Source: Bispira polyomma
Taxonomy: Eukaryota
NCBI GenBank assembly: GCA_965649765.1
Contig: OZ287756.1
Location: 34,906,001 to 34,970,000, forward strand
Length of the DNA: 64,000 nt
Reading direction: 5' to 3'
Below the pieces are notes generated by a model. It did no database searches. It saw only the letters and a program-made list of their open reading frames with translations, and was not told where the DNA came from. A program made the position numbers and the translations under genes. Below, piece after piece: positions 38,151 through 51,903 of the stretch. Position 1 is the stretch's first letter. Each line of letters opens with the position of its first letter.

Positions 38151-41100
38151 ACAGCTAGAAAAGGGTGAGAAACAGCCATTTTCTGTTTAGGGATCGTAGA
38201 CTTTGATTGAAGGGTCTATTACCGCCCATTTCCGGTTTCTTGGTTTCTAGAACAATCTCATCAGCTGGTTTATTCATGGATTGTTTTTGTGAATGGAAGT
38301 AAGAGTACGTAGTAAGGTCACGTAATCTTCCGAGCATGTGCAGTGAAACGATCAATACCTTTTTCTAATTTATTCTCACGAAAACGTTGCTAGAACCTTC
38401 TACTGATCGAAATTTCTTCTTCGATGTTTCCGGAAACAGCTACGTCACTCGGTTTGCAGTCAAAATACCGCGAATCATATAAAAATTAAATAAACATAGA
38501 AATAAGAAATAGAAATATTTAAGGAAATCAATCCAAACCTTTTACTTTATAGATATTTTAGCAATTAATCGAACTCCATTTGGAAATATTTCTCAACATC
38601 AAGTGCAGTTTCTAGCTTCTAACAGGTCTCGGCTCATTTATATGTCTAGACAGGGGCCTGTTTCAACAGCATAATCAATTCCATATGAAAGTTGGCAAGA
38701 GTACAATAATGTAAGATATTTTAATTAAAATCGAGTATTAAACATATATAAGGGTACTTGCTTCTATTTAGTGTTGTAGTCTTTTTCATTTAACGAATAT
38801 TATTGGATTTTTAATGAAAAAAATTTACAAATTGAAGTTAGTCTCTCTCTACAAAAACATGCCCGAACATGACGTCGTACCTCAAAAGAGGAAATCCCCA
38901 GACTCGTTTTGGCTGTGTACCTTTACATAATCTCAACATCGATGAATTGGTATCGCGAAAATATCCTGTAAAAAAACAGAATTTTTCTTAATATTTACTG
39001 CATTAAATGGCTGTACCTTCATTAATATTTAACCCACAATTTTCGTTTTTGTATCAACAGAAAGCTATTATTATGTGCTTTTTTGCAGTCTTAACAGTTT
39101 CCAGATCGAATGGATATTAGTTGAGCTTTGTGAAGAAATCGTTGTAAAAATCTTAAAAGTTTTGAGATAAATAGGCATTGATCAAATTATGATTTCAGTC
39201 TCTGTAATTGCTAAAGCTAAAATTTTAAGATTTATATATCATAAAAGAGCAATTAATACACTTTCGGACCCTTTTTACAGGATAGAATTTCCTTAAATAT
39301 TGACTGAGATAGTAGTCTTTATATTATACATACATATTTTACTATGAAATCTATTTGGCAGTCATTAGATATTTCATTGTCGCGAGAAATCTGGGTATAC
39401 CGGATGATCCATAGTCTGTGCGAGAGGCAAAACGATCCATATATGACGGCATATATCTAAAAGATGGACTTGGAAACCTATATTATATTATGATTTTGAA
39501 GTTTGCCCAATAATATGCAGTAAAATTTATGAAGATACAACCTTCATTGTTGTTAGGATTATATAAAATGATGTTTTCAATGGTTTCTTTTTATATACTG
39601 CTACCACGGTGTTGGTCCTGAAAGTTGGTCGATAGAATTTGTTATCGTCAAACGTCCTGTTAGCGTACGCTTCCTGTTAACGGACATCAGTTCTGCTAGC
39701 AAATTTCTTAATTTTGAATTTAGAAAAAATTTAAATAGGACGAAAACGTAAACAACATTCTCTGATCTTTCTAATATTTTGTATTATCGCCCACTGTAGA
39801 CTCACCACGTAGCGACTGTGTCCTTGTCAATTTCGACCGCTCACTGACTGGTTCACCTTTTTCGGACTGGTCAGTAACCTGCGGCATCATCATGATATGG
39901 CCGCCAGGCCATTCTCCTCTTGTTTATATGTGTAACATTGGAACATCAGTGTGTGAACACACGTATTGTACACACGTATTGTACATAGAATTTTCCGTAA
40001 TGTTACATCAGTGGAAGCTGTGAAACCTGTTGTACAGTAGAGGTGGGGGTTTGGGGAGGTAGGGGGGTGGGCGGAAGAGGTTGGCTGGGGTTTGTGGTTA
40101 TACCAGTACCTTATTACAGCTTCTAGGAAGTAAAGGGTTGGTCACAAGGCTATTGTCACTGTCTCTTTGATATACTGTAGATGATAAGGGGGGCGGATAG
40201 ACAAAGTTAGTAACATGGTGAACCCAAAAAGTGTTTAAAAATTATATAAAAGATTTCATATATAGAAGTACATGAATTATGGGTTTTTTTGGCGTCTCCT
40301 TTTAACATTTATATAGAACCTTTCATATTTACAAGTATTATAAGCTTTGAAAATTAATGATTAAAATGATTGGATAAATTTATGAGTTTTATTTGGGGTT
40401 TTATTTTGACAAGCGTTTCAATTTTTGTTTGCTTATATAAAACATAAATTAAATATATATATGTCCTAATTTAGAAGACTCGTGTTTATTACTATAATTA
40501 TGAATCGAGTGTTTTAACCCAATGTTAAACATGTAGGTGAATAATTCAGTGACATTTAGTGATTTATGTGTCAAATTAAAACAGAATGATATGCCAAAAC
40601 TTACCAGGCTTGACATTTGAAATATTTCTACTTCTAATGTTAATGTTTGACTCCTGGTAAAGGAGTTTGTCTAATGATCAGAAGGTCTCCAGTTTGACTC
40701 TCTCTAACACTATAATGGTTACTGGGGATTAACTTCCTTAGGCAGGATGTGAGCAGATCATCCCATAATGGTGATGACAACCAGTGGTTTGTTATAGAAC
40801 TATCCCAGTCAGCTTACTGTGAACGATGTTGTACAGAGGATACCTGGCCATGTTAAAAAGCCATATTACCATTGCTGTAGTTTATTATTAGTACAACCCA
40901 AAAAGCCCCAAAAGATAAAAGTCTGGGGCCTTATTCACAAAAGATCTCAGTCTTTAGTTAGATTTAAGCTAAGATTTTGGTTTTCGATTTTGGCCGTAAA
41001 TGTTAGGATTTTGCCGTCAGCCATCGCCTAATAGCCATTGCCCATTGCCAACATGGAATTGTAGACAAAGTTAAGACTAAGACCTCTTGTGAATGGGTCT

Positions 41101-42447
41101 CTTTGCTAGGTCTAATTTTCCCTTGGTGTTGAAAAAAGTTGAGACTTGTGTCCAGGCAGTTCACCAGTGTAACCTGTTTCTCTTGTCATTGTTGTGACAT
41201 AAAACACCATACTTATGACATCACACTAGAGGTGTTATCAAGGTCTACCAAGAGGTGTTATCAAGTGCTACTCCTCAGTATATGAAAATAATCTGTACTT
41301 GTGACCATTCATTTTAATAGAGCTTTTAGCACTGAATTCAAATATGTAGTCAGATTTTATATATTTTACCCCTGGCCAAAGATAGGGAGACTTTTAGAGG
41401 TGACCTTGATTCTGAGTTGAGAATATGACCACACAGAAGTGTATGGTACCTAGAAATAGGTGGCGCAGAATAAGCGTCTTTGTTTCTATTTCTCTGAAGT
41501 GGAAAGAAGGTGGGGACATTTTTCACATTGATGGTGTAATTCAATTATCTTTCAGTGTGAATTTACTATACAGTTACCCAACTTAAGGTTAAACCAGAAA
41601 ACCTCTGTTGTGGATAAGACACTCACAATTTGTTACCATTTTGAGAAATATAAATTTAGTGTTTCAAATTGCTTTTTGAATTTAGTAGCTTTACTGCTAC
41701 AATGTTAGTTTCTCTTTGAAACAAAAGTGCATGTAATTTAGTTGATAATGATTTTCTTTCAAGTTAGTGGACATTTTTTAATATTTTATTTTCTGCAGTC
41801 CTAAGTTAACGGTATTTAAGTTAAGCATTAAACAACGTGTATGTAACACACAGACACACATCATAAGTTAGGAGTCTAAGGTTACGCTTTAGCGCCCATT
41901 TTCCCACCTACTAACACCAGTAATTTTATTATCATGGTTGTCAGAAAGTTATGTTAAAGATATGCTTAATTACCCTCCTGTGCATCATTCAGTAATGAGT
42001 TACCACATCAGCTAGTGGGGTGAAATAACATGGGATGGTGTTGTTTTAACACTGCACATGTGTGGCAAGTGGCCTCTGTCCCCAAAGGGACAGATGCAGA
42101 GGCCTCTCAACATTCTATGTACAGACTCTTTATACATAAAATCTGAGCCCAGTCAGTGTAGATGAAGTGCTTAGGGTACCCATATAGTGCATGGGTTTGT
42201 AGTACAGTGTGTTGATGAGAGTCATTGCCTGCAGTGTTGAAGTGGGACCCCATATGAAACCATTTGTCATGGATCAGTGTTGTACAACACTTAGATGCCT
42301 TACAAACTGCCAACTAGAGGGCAGGACACTATACTATATTACAGGGGACTACACGTCACTGTACAACAGTAACATACATACCAAACACGCCACCACACTA
42401 CATAATCCATATAAAGTATATGTTTACATGTGAACCCCAACCACCCA

Positions 42448-42782
42448 TAATAATAAGAATTGTTTAATTTAATATAGCGCACTTCCAACATCACTGTTAT
42501 CAAATGTGCTTTGACATTGTTACCCTAGCCTGGGTTCTTTCACTTGTCAACCAATTGTTCAGTCTCAGCTCCCTCAGGGAGTATATTAGCTATGCTGTCA
42601 CATGCGGCGCACCCATTAGTAACCAGGTACCTATTTATACACCTGGGTAGAGAGAGATAACTTTGTGTAAAGCACCTTGTCCAAGGGTACAATCTCCAGG
42701 CCTGCAAGCGAGGATCAAACCCTGGCTCTCAAGATACCTGAGATCCAAAGTCCGACAGACTAACCATTAGGCCACAGAGACC
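42448..42782 (-). mobile_element. Near full-length tRNA-derived CORE-like SINE with L2-type 3' tail
   Basis: Minus strand: A box TGGCCTAATGG, B box GGTTTGATCC, core CCTTGGACAAGGTGCTTTAC...ACCCAGGTGTATAAATAGGTACC, tail ...GCGCTATATTAAAT...(ATT)n; possible CCATAAT TSD. Confidence 0.88.
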
Positions 42783-44565
42783 ATAATTTAGCAGTATATT
42801 AGAACACCATATGGAGATTGTACAATGACACAATGTCTTTTAGAGATTTTTAAAGGGCCTTACACTACAAAAAAATAGAAATAAGGAAATAAGTGCAGTC
42901 CTAAATATTTGTAAGTTCTAAATGTTTAAGGTTAAGACTAAGTTAAGATTAAGACCTTTGTGAATACGGCCCCACCCCCTCTTCCACCCCCTCTTCCACC
43001 CCCTATGTTCTATCATAGGCAGGAAGCAGTTGACCAGTTATAGAAACAATGAAGCTGATCCATTTGCCTATTAACAAACACTAAAAGTCAGTCTCAATGG
43101 TAGTTTATGAGATCTGAACACCAAACATCTGTGTTACTTTTGAACATTTCTGAAAAAAATAAGTTCCATTCTTTTAATTGAATACTTTTGTAGTGACTAA
43201 AATAGCATGAAATCAGAGATATTGAGGTGAGCCTGGAAATACAAAACATATGATGCACTTATGAAAGTGTTATATGTTATCCTGATCTTTTAAATTATGA
43301 GTGGTTACTTGAGAATATCTAGTTTCTTCCATATTTTTTTTGCGATTTGTTCAAGACATGTTATCATATCAGTAATCTTAGAGTAGCTTTGACCATAAGG
43401 ACCCCATCTTACTGGGAAAGTGTTTCATACCTTTGGGTGTGTTGTCCCCTTGTTCCCTAATCTACTACCTCTTGGTCAGAGCTCTCCCTCTCACACCCTT
43501 CTCTCTACTCCCCTAAACCTGCTGGGATTATGATGCAGGTAATCATGTGGGGTTTGCAGGTGGTTAGTTACAGGTCACAAGATAAGCTGCCCCACCACAC
43601 ACACACACATACATACCACCCTAAGTACAACTTAAACTCAACTCCTCTAAGGTCTCCTTATCTTTGATGAGAGGGAAGTTATTATAGGAAAATCGGACTG
43701 TGTGTCTTTGACTTTTTAACTGAAAGGATCTATTAAAAAGAATGGGAGTATGATTATACAATTTGCTGGACTTGACACAGCCATATTGGATTTGGCGTAT
43801 GAATACATAACACAAAGTCTTGATGACAACACTATAAACCTTAATCTTGTAATAGTCAGGGGAACTACTTTTATTATGGCCGTGCTTTTGCCCAATGAAT
43901 TCTAGAATTTAGCACAAAATGGTCACAAGTGAAGGATATTTCTATATACAACGGCGTCCACATAGGTTCCGCTTACGTTAAGTCCTAAGTTTGAGGTTGG
44001 CGTCTCTAGTGCCCAGCCCCCCTCTTCTTATCTGTAGAAACCCCCCAGTAAGGCTATTCCTGGCTTCCTGGAGAGCTATTTATGACCACTGCCCTGGGAT
44101 TTGAAACTCTTCATATTTCACTGTCAGTTGGCACAGAGAGCTTAGTTATATGTCCTACACACTTAAACCTAGACATTAGACATTTAAACCTACACTCTGT
44201 AACTCTCTGTAAAACATTCTGTTCCTGAAACATTCTGTTGATGCTATAATATCTCCTGCAACATTGTCAGACTTCATGTTTAATAAATAGTAGTCTAGAG
44301 CCAAACTCATGTCGTAACGGAAACAGTGTTGTCCTGGGTACCCATGGTTAAGTAAAGGAATCATACCTTACTTTAAATTCATTTTTAAATCCCAACATAT
44401 AAAATCTGACCATTTTACCCTGTATATGGCATTAAACATTTCACCCTCAAAATTAGAAAGTCCTACTGTTTAAAATCCGGATCCTAATCCAAAATGGTGG
44501 GAATTTAATGAAATCAAATATTTGGATAATAGAAGTTCAGATAATAGCAGCGATAGTTTCTACTT

Positions 44566-44737
44566 TACCGGTACAAAATATTTGTTCATCCGAGATTTCG
44601 TCGTTTACACCTTAATTTAAACATTGAGGATTCTTTTAAACTTAATTTTCCAAACAATCAAGGGGGTTTGGGGGGATATCCCCCCAAATTACACTAAGTT
44701 TACTGATGCAAGATCTCATTAAAATCTTGTACTGGTG
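44566..44737. mobile_element. Small MITE-like element
   Basis: TACCGGTACAAAAT ... ATCTTGTACTGGTG inverted termini. Confidence 0.5.
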
Positions 44738-44941
44738 AAGTATAATTGTTACAATAGTGGTTCTACTGTACAAATAGTCATAGTATATAATAAAGTATAA
44801 TATAATCATAGTATATAATAAAGTATAATCTTTGTTATCTAAACATGTTGGGAGAGCACGATTTTTTAGTGTTTTTTAGTGTAACCAAAATGAGAAATAA
44901 TAAAACTTGGAAGAGTGGAAATGTGGTCATAAAATAGATTA

Positions 44942-45119
44942 CAGTCAAAACCCCTTAAGAAGAACTCTGTTAAATCAGTTTCCCTTTCTTATACAGCAAA
45001 ATCTACAGTCCCATGAAGGGCATTTCATAAAAAATCTACCCTGTTAAGTTCAAATTCTGCTTCAATAGAGGTATTTTCTCTGGTCCCTCGAGGTTTTGAC
45101 TTAAATTTGGTTTCAACTG
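44942..45119. mobile_element. Family B MITE inserted at a TA inside a family A MITE
   Basis: TA|CAGTCAAAACC...GGTTTCAACTG|TA; family A halves at about 44820..44940 and 45121..45160. Confidence 0.85.
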
Positions 45120-46107
45120 TATTTTGGATAATTAGAGTTTGGATATTAGAGGTCTGACTGATGTGTAGCCGTATACTCACATATACTCAGTGCAAATTTT
45201 ACTATGTTCACAAGAACATTGGACATGAAGGCATTAAAAAAGAGAGTTAGTTTTTGTAAATTGATGAGTATGTTTGTTCCCGTTGTAAGTAAATCCTCCT
45301 CCAATCAGTATGTGGGAGGTCACTGCCGTCATTAGTCTACCTCTCTACAAACAAACTTCTTAATGAATCTCTCCACGCCAAAACATATACTCCTCATACT
45401 GAGCAAAGAACCATTTGTATGTGTCAATTATTGGGACTTATTTGTTAGTTAGCATGGCAAATTACTCACACACTAAGGGGCCAGCCAGTGGATAATTCAA
45501 TATATAATATGCAGCGATGATGAATTCATTTAGATGTTCTTCATCAGAATCGTATTAAGTCTGACATTGACATTACCTACAGGAGATATGGGCCATTTAC
45601 AAGCTCTCAAGGCAGCATCAGCATATAATGTGGAGAACCTCTATTAAATGAACAAGTTGGGAGAGAAAGATTTTGTTTGGATAACTAAAGGTTCATAAAA
45701 TAGAAATTTTAATTTTGGGGAGTGAAAATGAGTTCATAAGCTTCAATATTTAGATAATAGAAGTTTGAGATCAATATAAGATCTACCTATATAACACTAC
45801 CACAGCAAAACCTCTATTATCCAAACTTTTTGAAAATTATTTTTTCTGAGGTATTATCCAAACTTTATGGAAATTATTTAATTTTTAGGGTTAATCAATT
45901 CTGTTGTTGCACTTTAAAAGATGCCTAGCATGAATAACGCCCATTAAAAATACATAATAATAATATAAACACAGTTTCACTCTCCCAAATTTATATTTCT
46001 CTTCTTGTTTTCTAGTTTTTACTAAAATACCTCTTCTATTTTAATGAATCTTCCATTATCCAAACAAAATCATGCTTTCCCAACATGTTTGGATAATAGA
46101 AGGGAAT

Positions 46108-46269
46108 AATTCTACAAATCATTAGATAGGGCGCGGAAATATCAGATTTGGCGTAACAATAAATAATAAGGCTAAACCCTAATGATTAAGACCTACACCT
46201 TAATGCTGCGATAATGGTAAGAACTATTTTTCAATATTGCTGCACCCTGTCCAGTGAATTCTACAATTT
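46108..46269. mobile_element. TIR element interrupting the terminal repeat of a family A MITE
   Basis: AATTCTACAAATCATTAGATAGGGCGCGGAAATAT versus reverse complement of ATATTGCTGCACCCTGTCCAGTGAATTCTACAATT; the host TIR resumes as TTTCTACTGTA at about 46282. Confidence 0.6.
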
Positions 46270-49200
46270 GGCCCATGAAAGTTTCTACTGTATTTAAAAG
46301 TAAAAACACTGAGGAGATATGAGAGGGTGACAAATATCCAAGATTTCAGTGGAGATAATCAACAATGCAGGGGTTGGGCTATATGGTTTCCACTTGCTGC
46401 TGTTCCGTTCTTATACTATCTTTGCCTGCTCATTATAAAACCATTAAACTGGCTTTGTTTTCAGACTTTCTGACATAGCTGTGGGTAGTTTGAAACTTGA
46501 GAGGAGTCACCTTTTGAAAGGCTGGGATCTGCTTTCACTAAATCCCCGCACTCTTTAAGAGACCCTGCAGTCCATGTGCCTTGCATGACCATAGAAAACA
46601 AGATGGGAGGGGGGGGCTTATTTGTCAATTGAGTTGCTTGAGGTTAAGTTTTGGGCAGAGAATCTGGTAGTATAATATGGCATAGCAGATAGTTAGCAGG
46701 GAATGTGACAGCTTTAAATGTGGGTAATTATAATTGCAGGGTGGCACACGCTCGGCCTGTGTCTGTCCACATCTAAGCACGCACGAGAGATGACAGCTTT
46801 CTGTAAGTTAAGACTGCCTTAAGAATGTACAAAAAGGTACATATACCCAAATCTTAATGGCAGATTTTAAATATTAAATGTTCATGCAATTTTTTTTTTT
46901 TTTCAATTTTTACTTTTATGCTAAAACATGTTTGTCTAAAATCATCCCCTTGTTGTTAATTTCCCCACTATTTCTAACAGCATGTCTATTATTTTGTTGT
47001 GACACAAATTTAAATATATTGTAACTGTACTTTAAGTATTAATGCTAAAAAAAATGAATATATATCAAAGAACAGAGACACAAAGTGGTAGATAAGATTT
47101 TGTTGATTTGCGGGAGGCATTCGAGTTTTAGACCACCCTAAGTTACATTGATAGATATACCAGGTTAAAGTGTGTAGGGAGTGATAGTTATTTAAGGTCA
47201 TAGAGTGATAATTGGGGTTGGTGGGGTCACAAAGTGCTGGGATACTGGTGGGTGAGGGGCTTGTAACACAAGAATGGCTTCTGTACACAAACACACCAGA
47301 CTGTAACAACTGCTCCCCAAAATAATACACAGAGGCATAATCATATCTGGGGACTTAAACGCCACACATCCAGTTGGGCAGTGAGAGGTCTTACACACAA
47401 TGTCCACTTGGCCCTTAAATAACTACCCTCATGTTATTCCCCCTCCACACCCACACATCAATGCCTTATGTGCTGGTTATCATTATGACAGCTTCTCCTG
47501 CCCTGATCTCTTTATCAAAGTTTGGTTCTATTCAATATTTGAAATTTTTTTCTTAATCTTTTGACACTAAGTTAATCTGTTTAACTCTATCCATTACACA
47601 GGTCACATGTGTCTGGGGCTGTTTGAACTGATGTTGTGGTATGCAGACAATCAGTTGTTTTACACTGTGTACAGTTTTTTTTTCATTCAAATAACTATTT
47701 GTTTCCGAGCACTCCCTCACTCTTTTAACACACCCCCAATTTACTACAAATACGGTTCCAGTTTTAAAACTAAAAAACACGTTTTCATATAAGAGCCTAT
47801 CTCTTACACATTTTAAAGTTTGAGTTATTAAGTTGAGGGATTACAGTGAGAGTTCTGGGTATACATGTATTTCATATTTTGCTAGAGCGCTACTATTATA
47901 TGATCAACTGTAAAAATATAAGTTCTTAAAATAAAAGTGGAAATTTTTAATTTGCCAAAATATATATATATATATATATCAAACTATTTATAACATCAAA
48001 GGCTTTACAGAAATCTACAGGGCAGAGATGAATCACTGACAATTTTTAAACGTTAATAAAATTGTATACATTTTTTAAATGTTTTCCAGATCTTTGTGTG
48101 TCTGGTAACTTCTTTTATGATATGATTAAGTTTGTGCATGTTAGCAAGTCTTTTCTCAACAAATACTTTGTAAATTGGTATCCTGAGTATTATCAATGCA
48201 ACAGACAAATATAAAACAAATTGATTTTGGATCGTTTTGTGGCTAATTAAAGTTTTCAAAAAAGAAAAAAAAGAGTAAATAAAGCAGTACAGCTGTTTGT
48301 GCAATTTACTAAAATCTTAAACCTTATCAGAAAATTAATATTTAAACATACAGCCTTTAATGAATGTTTCTTAAGTGATATGGCATAAGAAAGTTGTTTT
48401 TGGTTTTACACAGGTTTATTTTGTTGCAATTCAGTTTAAATGACTAAATATATTTAATTGAAAAGCAATATAGACTAACAATGTGCTTAACCAAATTCAT
48501 GTAAAATATAGTTTTGAAAGTTACTTCCTTAAAATTATATCGTTATTTCTTTTACTTGTTTTATATAAGTAATATTTTGCATATTTTCCTGAGACTTGTC
48601 CAAACTGAATGCCACCCTTAAGAGGTTGGTTTCTGACAGGCTTGGGTTTATTAAGGGTTTAAACTTGTCAGTGATCCATCTCTGTCTTGTAGATCTTTGT
48701 AAAGCCTTTGACATAAGTAGGAGGCTGTATACAATGGTTTTAATCCACCAGCTGTGGTCTAAATGACATACCCCACAACATTGAGACTGTCCCATCTTCA
48801 AAGCTGATCACTAAGGACAAGAAGCCTTTAAATATTGGCTTATTGTCCTTCAATCACTCACTTAAGAAGCTCATAAACCTGGACATTCTTGCAGCATTTA
48901 GTATACAGTAATATATAGGGAATATTTGAGACATTTTTTAAAATTAAAAGTAAAATTTGTACTTTTGCAAATGAAGGTTATTGTTTATTTTATAGTCAAA
49001 TTTATTTTATAAAACTATTGAAATGTATAGCTTTTGTAAATCAATCAGATTTTATGACACTAGGGTTACCTTAAGGTTCCCCTTGATTTGCTCAAGGTAC
49101 ATGGGTTCATTTGAGACACCATATTAAATTGGGATAGACAATTACCTTGCAACAGCAGTGGTGCTCAAGGAGTTACTTATAAACTCTTCAGGAGGGTTGA

Positions 49201-49273
49201 ATAGTATATCAACAATGGGTTCACAACCATTTTGAACATATGGGTGGATAGATCAAAGAGAATAAAGTATCAA

Positions 49274-50708
49274 TGTTGGAGCCCAACTTCCGATTTGGCC
49301 AATCTTAAGATGGGCTATAGCCCAATTTAGGATCCTAAGTTTGGTAGCCCATCTTAAGATTGGCCAGTAAAACTAGCCAAACTTGAGATTGGATTCAAAT
49401 TGAAAACTTAAGATGAGATCTTAAATGTTTAAATTGTATAATAATTAATTCAAATGATGATGATTCAAGGTTTATTTGTTTTATGTAATGACAGGTTTAA
49501 AGTTGATTATTAAATGTTCCAGTTATTGCTTGTTTTACTGATGAATTTACATTTATAATGTATATCTTTTATGAGTGTAATTCTCTCTGAAAAATTGCCC
49601 TATATTGCTGTAAGGTTACAATAAGCTTATCTTTTCACTGTGCTTTTTGATAGAATAATTCAGGTTCAAAATTCATTATTGAATGTTTATAACCGTGTTG
49701 CTTGTTTTAATAATAAATTTACATCAATTACATTTATAAGGTTACTATATAATTACTATGCTTTTTTCACAGATTAAATAAATATACATTGATATAATGA
49801 GAAGCCATATATAGCTTGATTTGTTTGTAAGGACTAGAACTATTAACTAGCTGAACTGGCTTTTGTATTGGTAATCATATCCATCCTTTGATGAATGAAA
49901 TTAAATAGGAAGCCACCACTGTATGTTGATTTGTTTGACCTAACTGGATGTGTGATTAAATAGCTTAACTGGCTTAGTGTTGGTAATCATGTCCACCCTT
50001 TGATAAATGAAATTAAATAGGAAGCCACAGCTGTAAGTTGATTTGTTTGTTCTAACTGGATGTGTGATTAAGTAGTTAACTAGCTTTAGTGTGGGTAATC
50101 ATGTCCACTAATAGAAGAGTGACTAAATGATATATTGCTAAAATATGTACAATATTTTAATAAATTAATAACCATTATATATCATAATAGTATCTTTATA
50201 TATTCCTTTTTTATGTTTGTTTGTATAAAATATAGTTTATGTCCTATGTGGCTATGTAAAATCTGGAGACAGTTTAAATAGACAAGAGAAATTTCATTAA
50301 ATGTTAGATATTGCCTGTATCTGTTTAATAAATTGATAAAACTTAATCAATTTTAATAAGACTTTATTTTTACATTCCTATTTTTGTTTGTTTATACACA
50401 ATGTAGCTTATGTGCTATTTGACTGTGAAAATTTTGTACACAGGTTAAATAGACAAGAGAAAGGACACTAAATGCTATTAATCAAATATTAATCAAATTT
50501 TAATTAGTACCTTTTCAAACATTTAAGATCTCATCTTAAATTTTCAATTTTAAGCTAATCTCAAGTTTGGCTAGTTTTCCTGGCCAATCTCAAGTTGGGC
50601 TAGCCCATCTTAAGATGGGTCAGCCTATCTTAAGATGCCAAACTTAGGATCCTAAGTTGGGCTATAGCCCATCTTAAGATTGGCCAAATCGGAAGTTGGG
50701 CTCCAACA
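49274..50708. mobile_element. 1435-bp non-autonomous DNA transposon with long palindromic TIRs (about 160-190 bp) and 4-bp TSD TCAA; Ginger-like termini
   Basis: TCAA|TGTTGGAGCCCAACTTCCGATTTGGCC ... GGCCAAATCGGAAGTTGGGCTCCAACA|TCAA; no ORF inside. Confidence 0.92.
49800..50108 (+). repeat. Internal tandem repeat, about three ~110-bp units
   Basis: GAAGCCA...TTGATTTGTTTG...AACT.GCTT...GGTAATCAT.TCCA occurs three times. Confidence 0.85.
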
Positions 50709-51903
50709 TCAACATATTTTATGTTTGAAAACATACAAGGAAAGTCTATGAATAGGTTCCTTGTGGTTATTTGTTTTTCTCAATTTAGTAATTTAATAGG
50801 TTTAATTTTATTTGTAAATCTCTTGAAAGGTCAGATTCAATCACATATATCTGCCTGGTAATTCTTGGATTTTGCAGAATCAATTTCTCTTATTTTTAAA
50901 TTGGCCGAGATATCTTACTTATCACTTGACCTTTTGATATGGGGTTTATGTTAACAATTACCTTAATCTGCTGACCGAGTTTCCTTTATGAGATTAGTAA
51001 GATGTACTGAATGGAGAAAAACATACATGAAACAATAGCAGGGGAAAATTCAGATGATATTTAAAGTTGTTGGTGTATACCAAAGTCATTCAATCTCTAT
51101 TATCCGAACTTCTGTTATCCGAATATTTAATTTGATGAACTCATTTCCCTTCTGCAAAATTGATGTTTTCCTATTGCATAAAAAAAATAAATAAACAAAA
51201 TGTTTTCTTATTGTTTTACTGAAAAATACCACTTCTGATGTTTTTGACGAACATTCTATTTTCCGAACAAAATCTTGCTTTCCAAACATGTTCAGATAAT
51301 AGAGGTTCTACTGTTTTTCCCCTGAACACTTAAGAAGTTGTTCTCTCATTTAGCAAAGATACAACACATGTAATTTAAAGTACCTTTAACTCTTTTGTTC
51401 CAGACAAAATAAACGTCTTTTTAAATGTGTCTTAATCACTGTTTCGTCATTACTTAATCATTTCTTCATACCAAAGCTTTGCAATTGAACTTGTGTGAAC
51501 ACAGATTTAAATTAGAAGGGAGAACAGGGTAAATCACAGTCCTATGACATACCTAGAGACCTACTAAAGTCACTAAAGTCCCAGTTCTGCTAAATGCTGG
51601 TAGTTTTCATGTAATCCCAGAGGAGACCTTGGTGACTAAAAACATCAGCCGCCCTGGTATTCGCCACAAATCTCAAGCCTAAACTCAGACTCAAGCTCAA
51701 CTCGTTAAGGTTTCCATATCTGTGACGAGAGGGTAGATACCTAAAATATAACTGCATATTTGAATTCAGTGCTGAAATCTCTATTAAAATAAATGGTAAC
51801 AAGTATAGGTTATTTCTACATATACATGAATTATTGCACACATAATCTGAATTGAGTTTAAGCTCAAGTTACTTGGTAAAGAATATAGAGCTCAGAACAT
51901 CAG

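Noticed and set aside
43621-44364. Minus-strand ORFs 43621..43815 (HTPILF, LINE-like) and 44176..44364
   Set aside because: Too degenerate to assign, and no clear exon boundaries.
46464-46808. Acceptor at about 46463 and donor GTAAGT at 46803 in GC-richer unique DNA
   Set aside because: The only ATG next to the donor (ATG ACA GCT TTC T) ends in phase 1 and does not fit the phase-2 exon at 60747; may be regulatory but is unsupported.
49274-50708. Palindromic repeats as a CRISPR array, or TG..CA ends as a solo LTR
   Set aside because: No constant repeat with unique spacers, no cas genes and a eukaryotic context; the long inverted ends fit a TIR element better.
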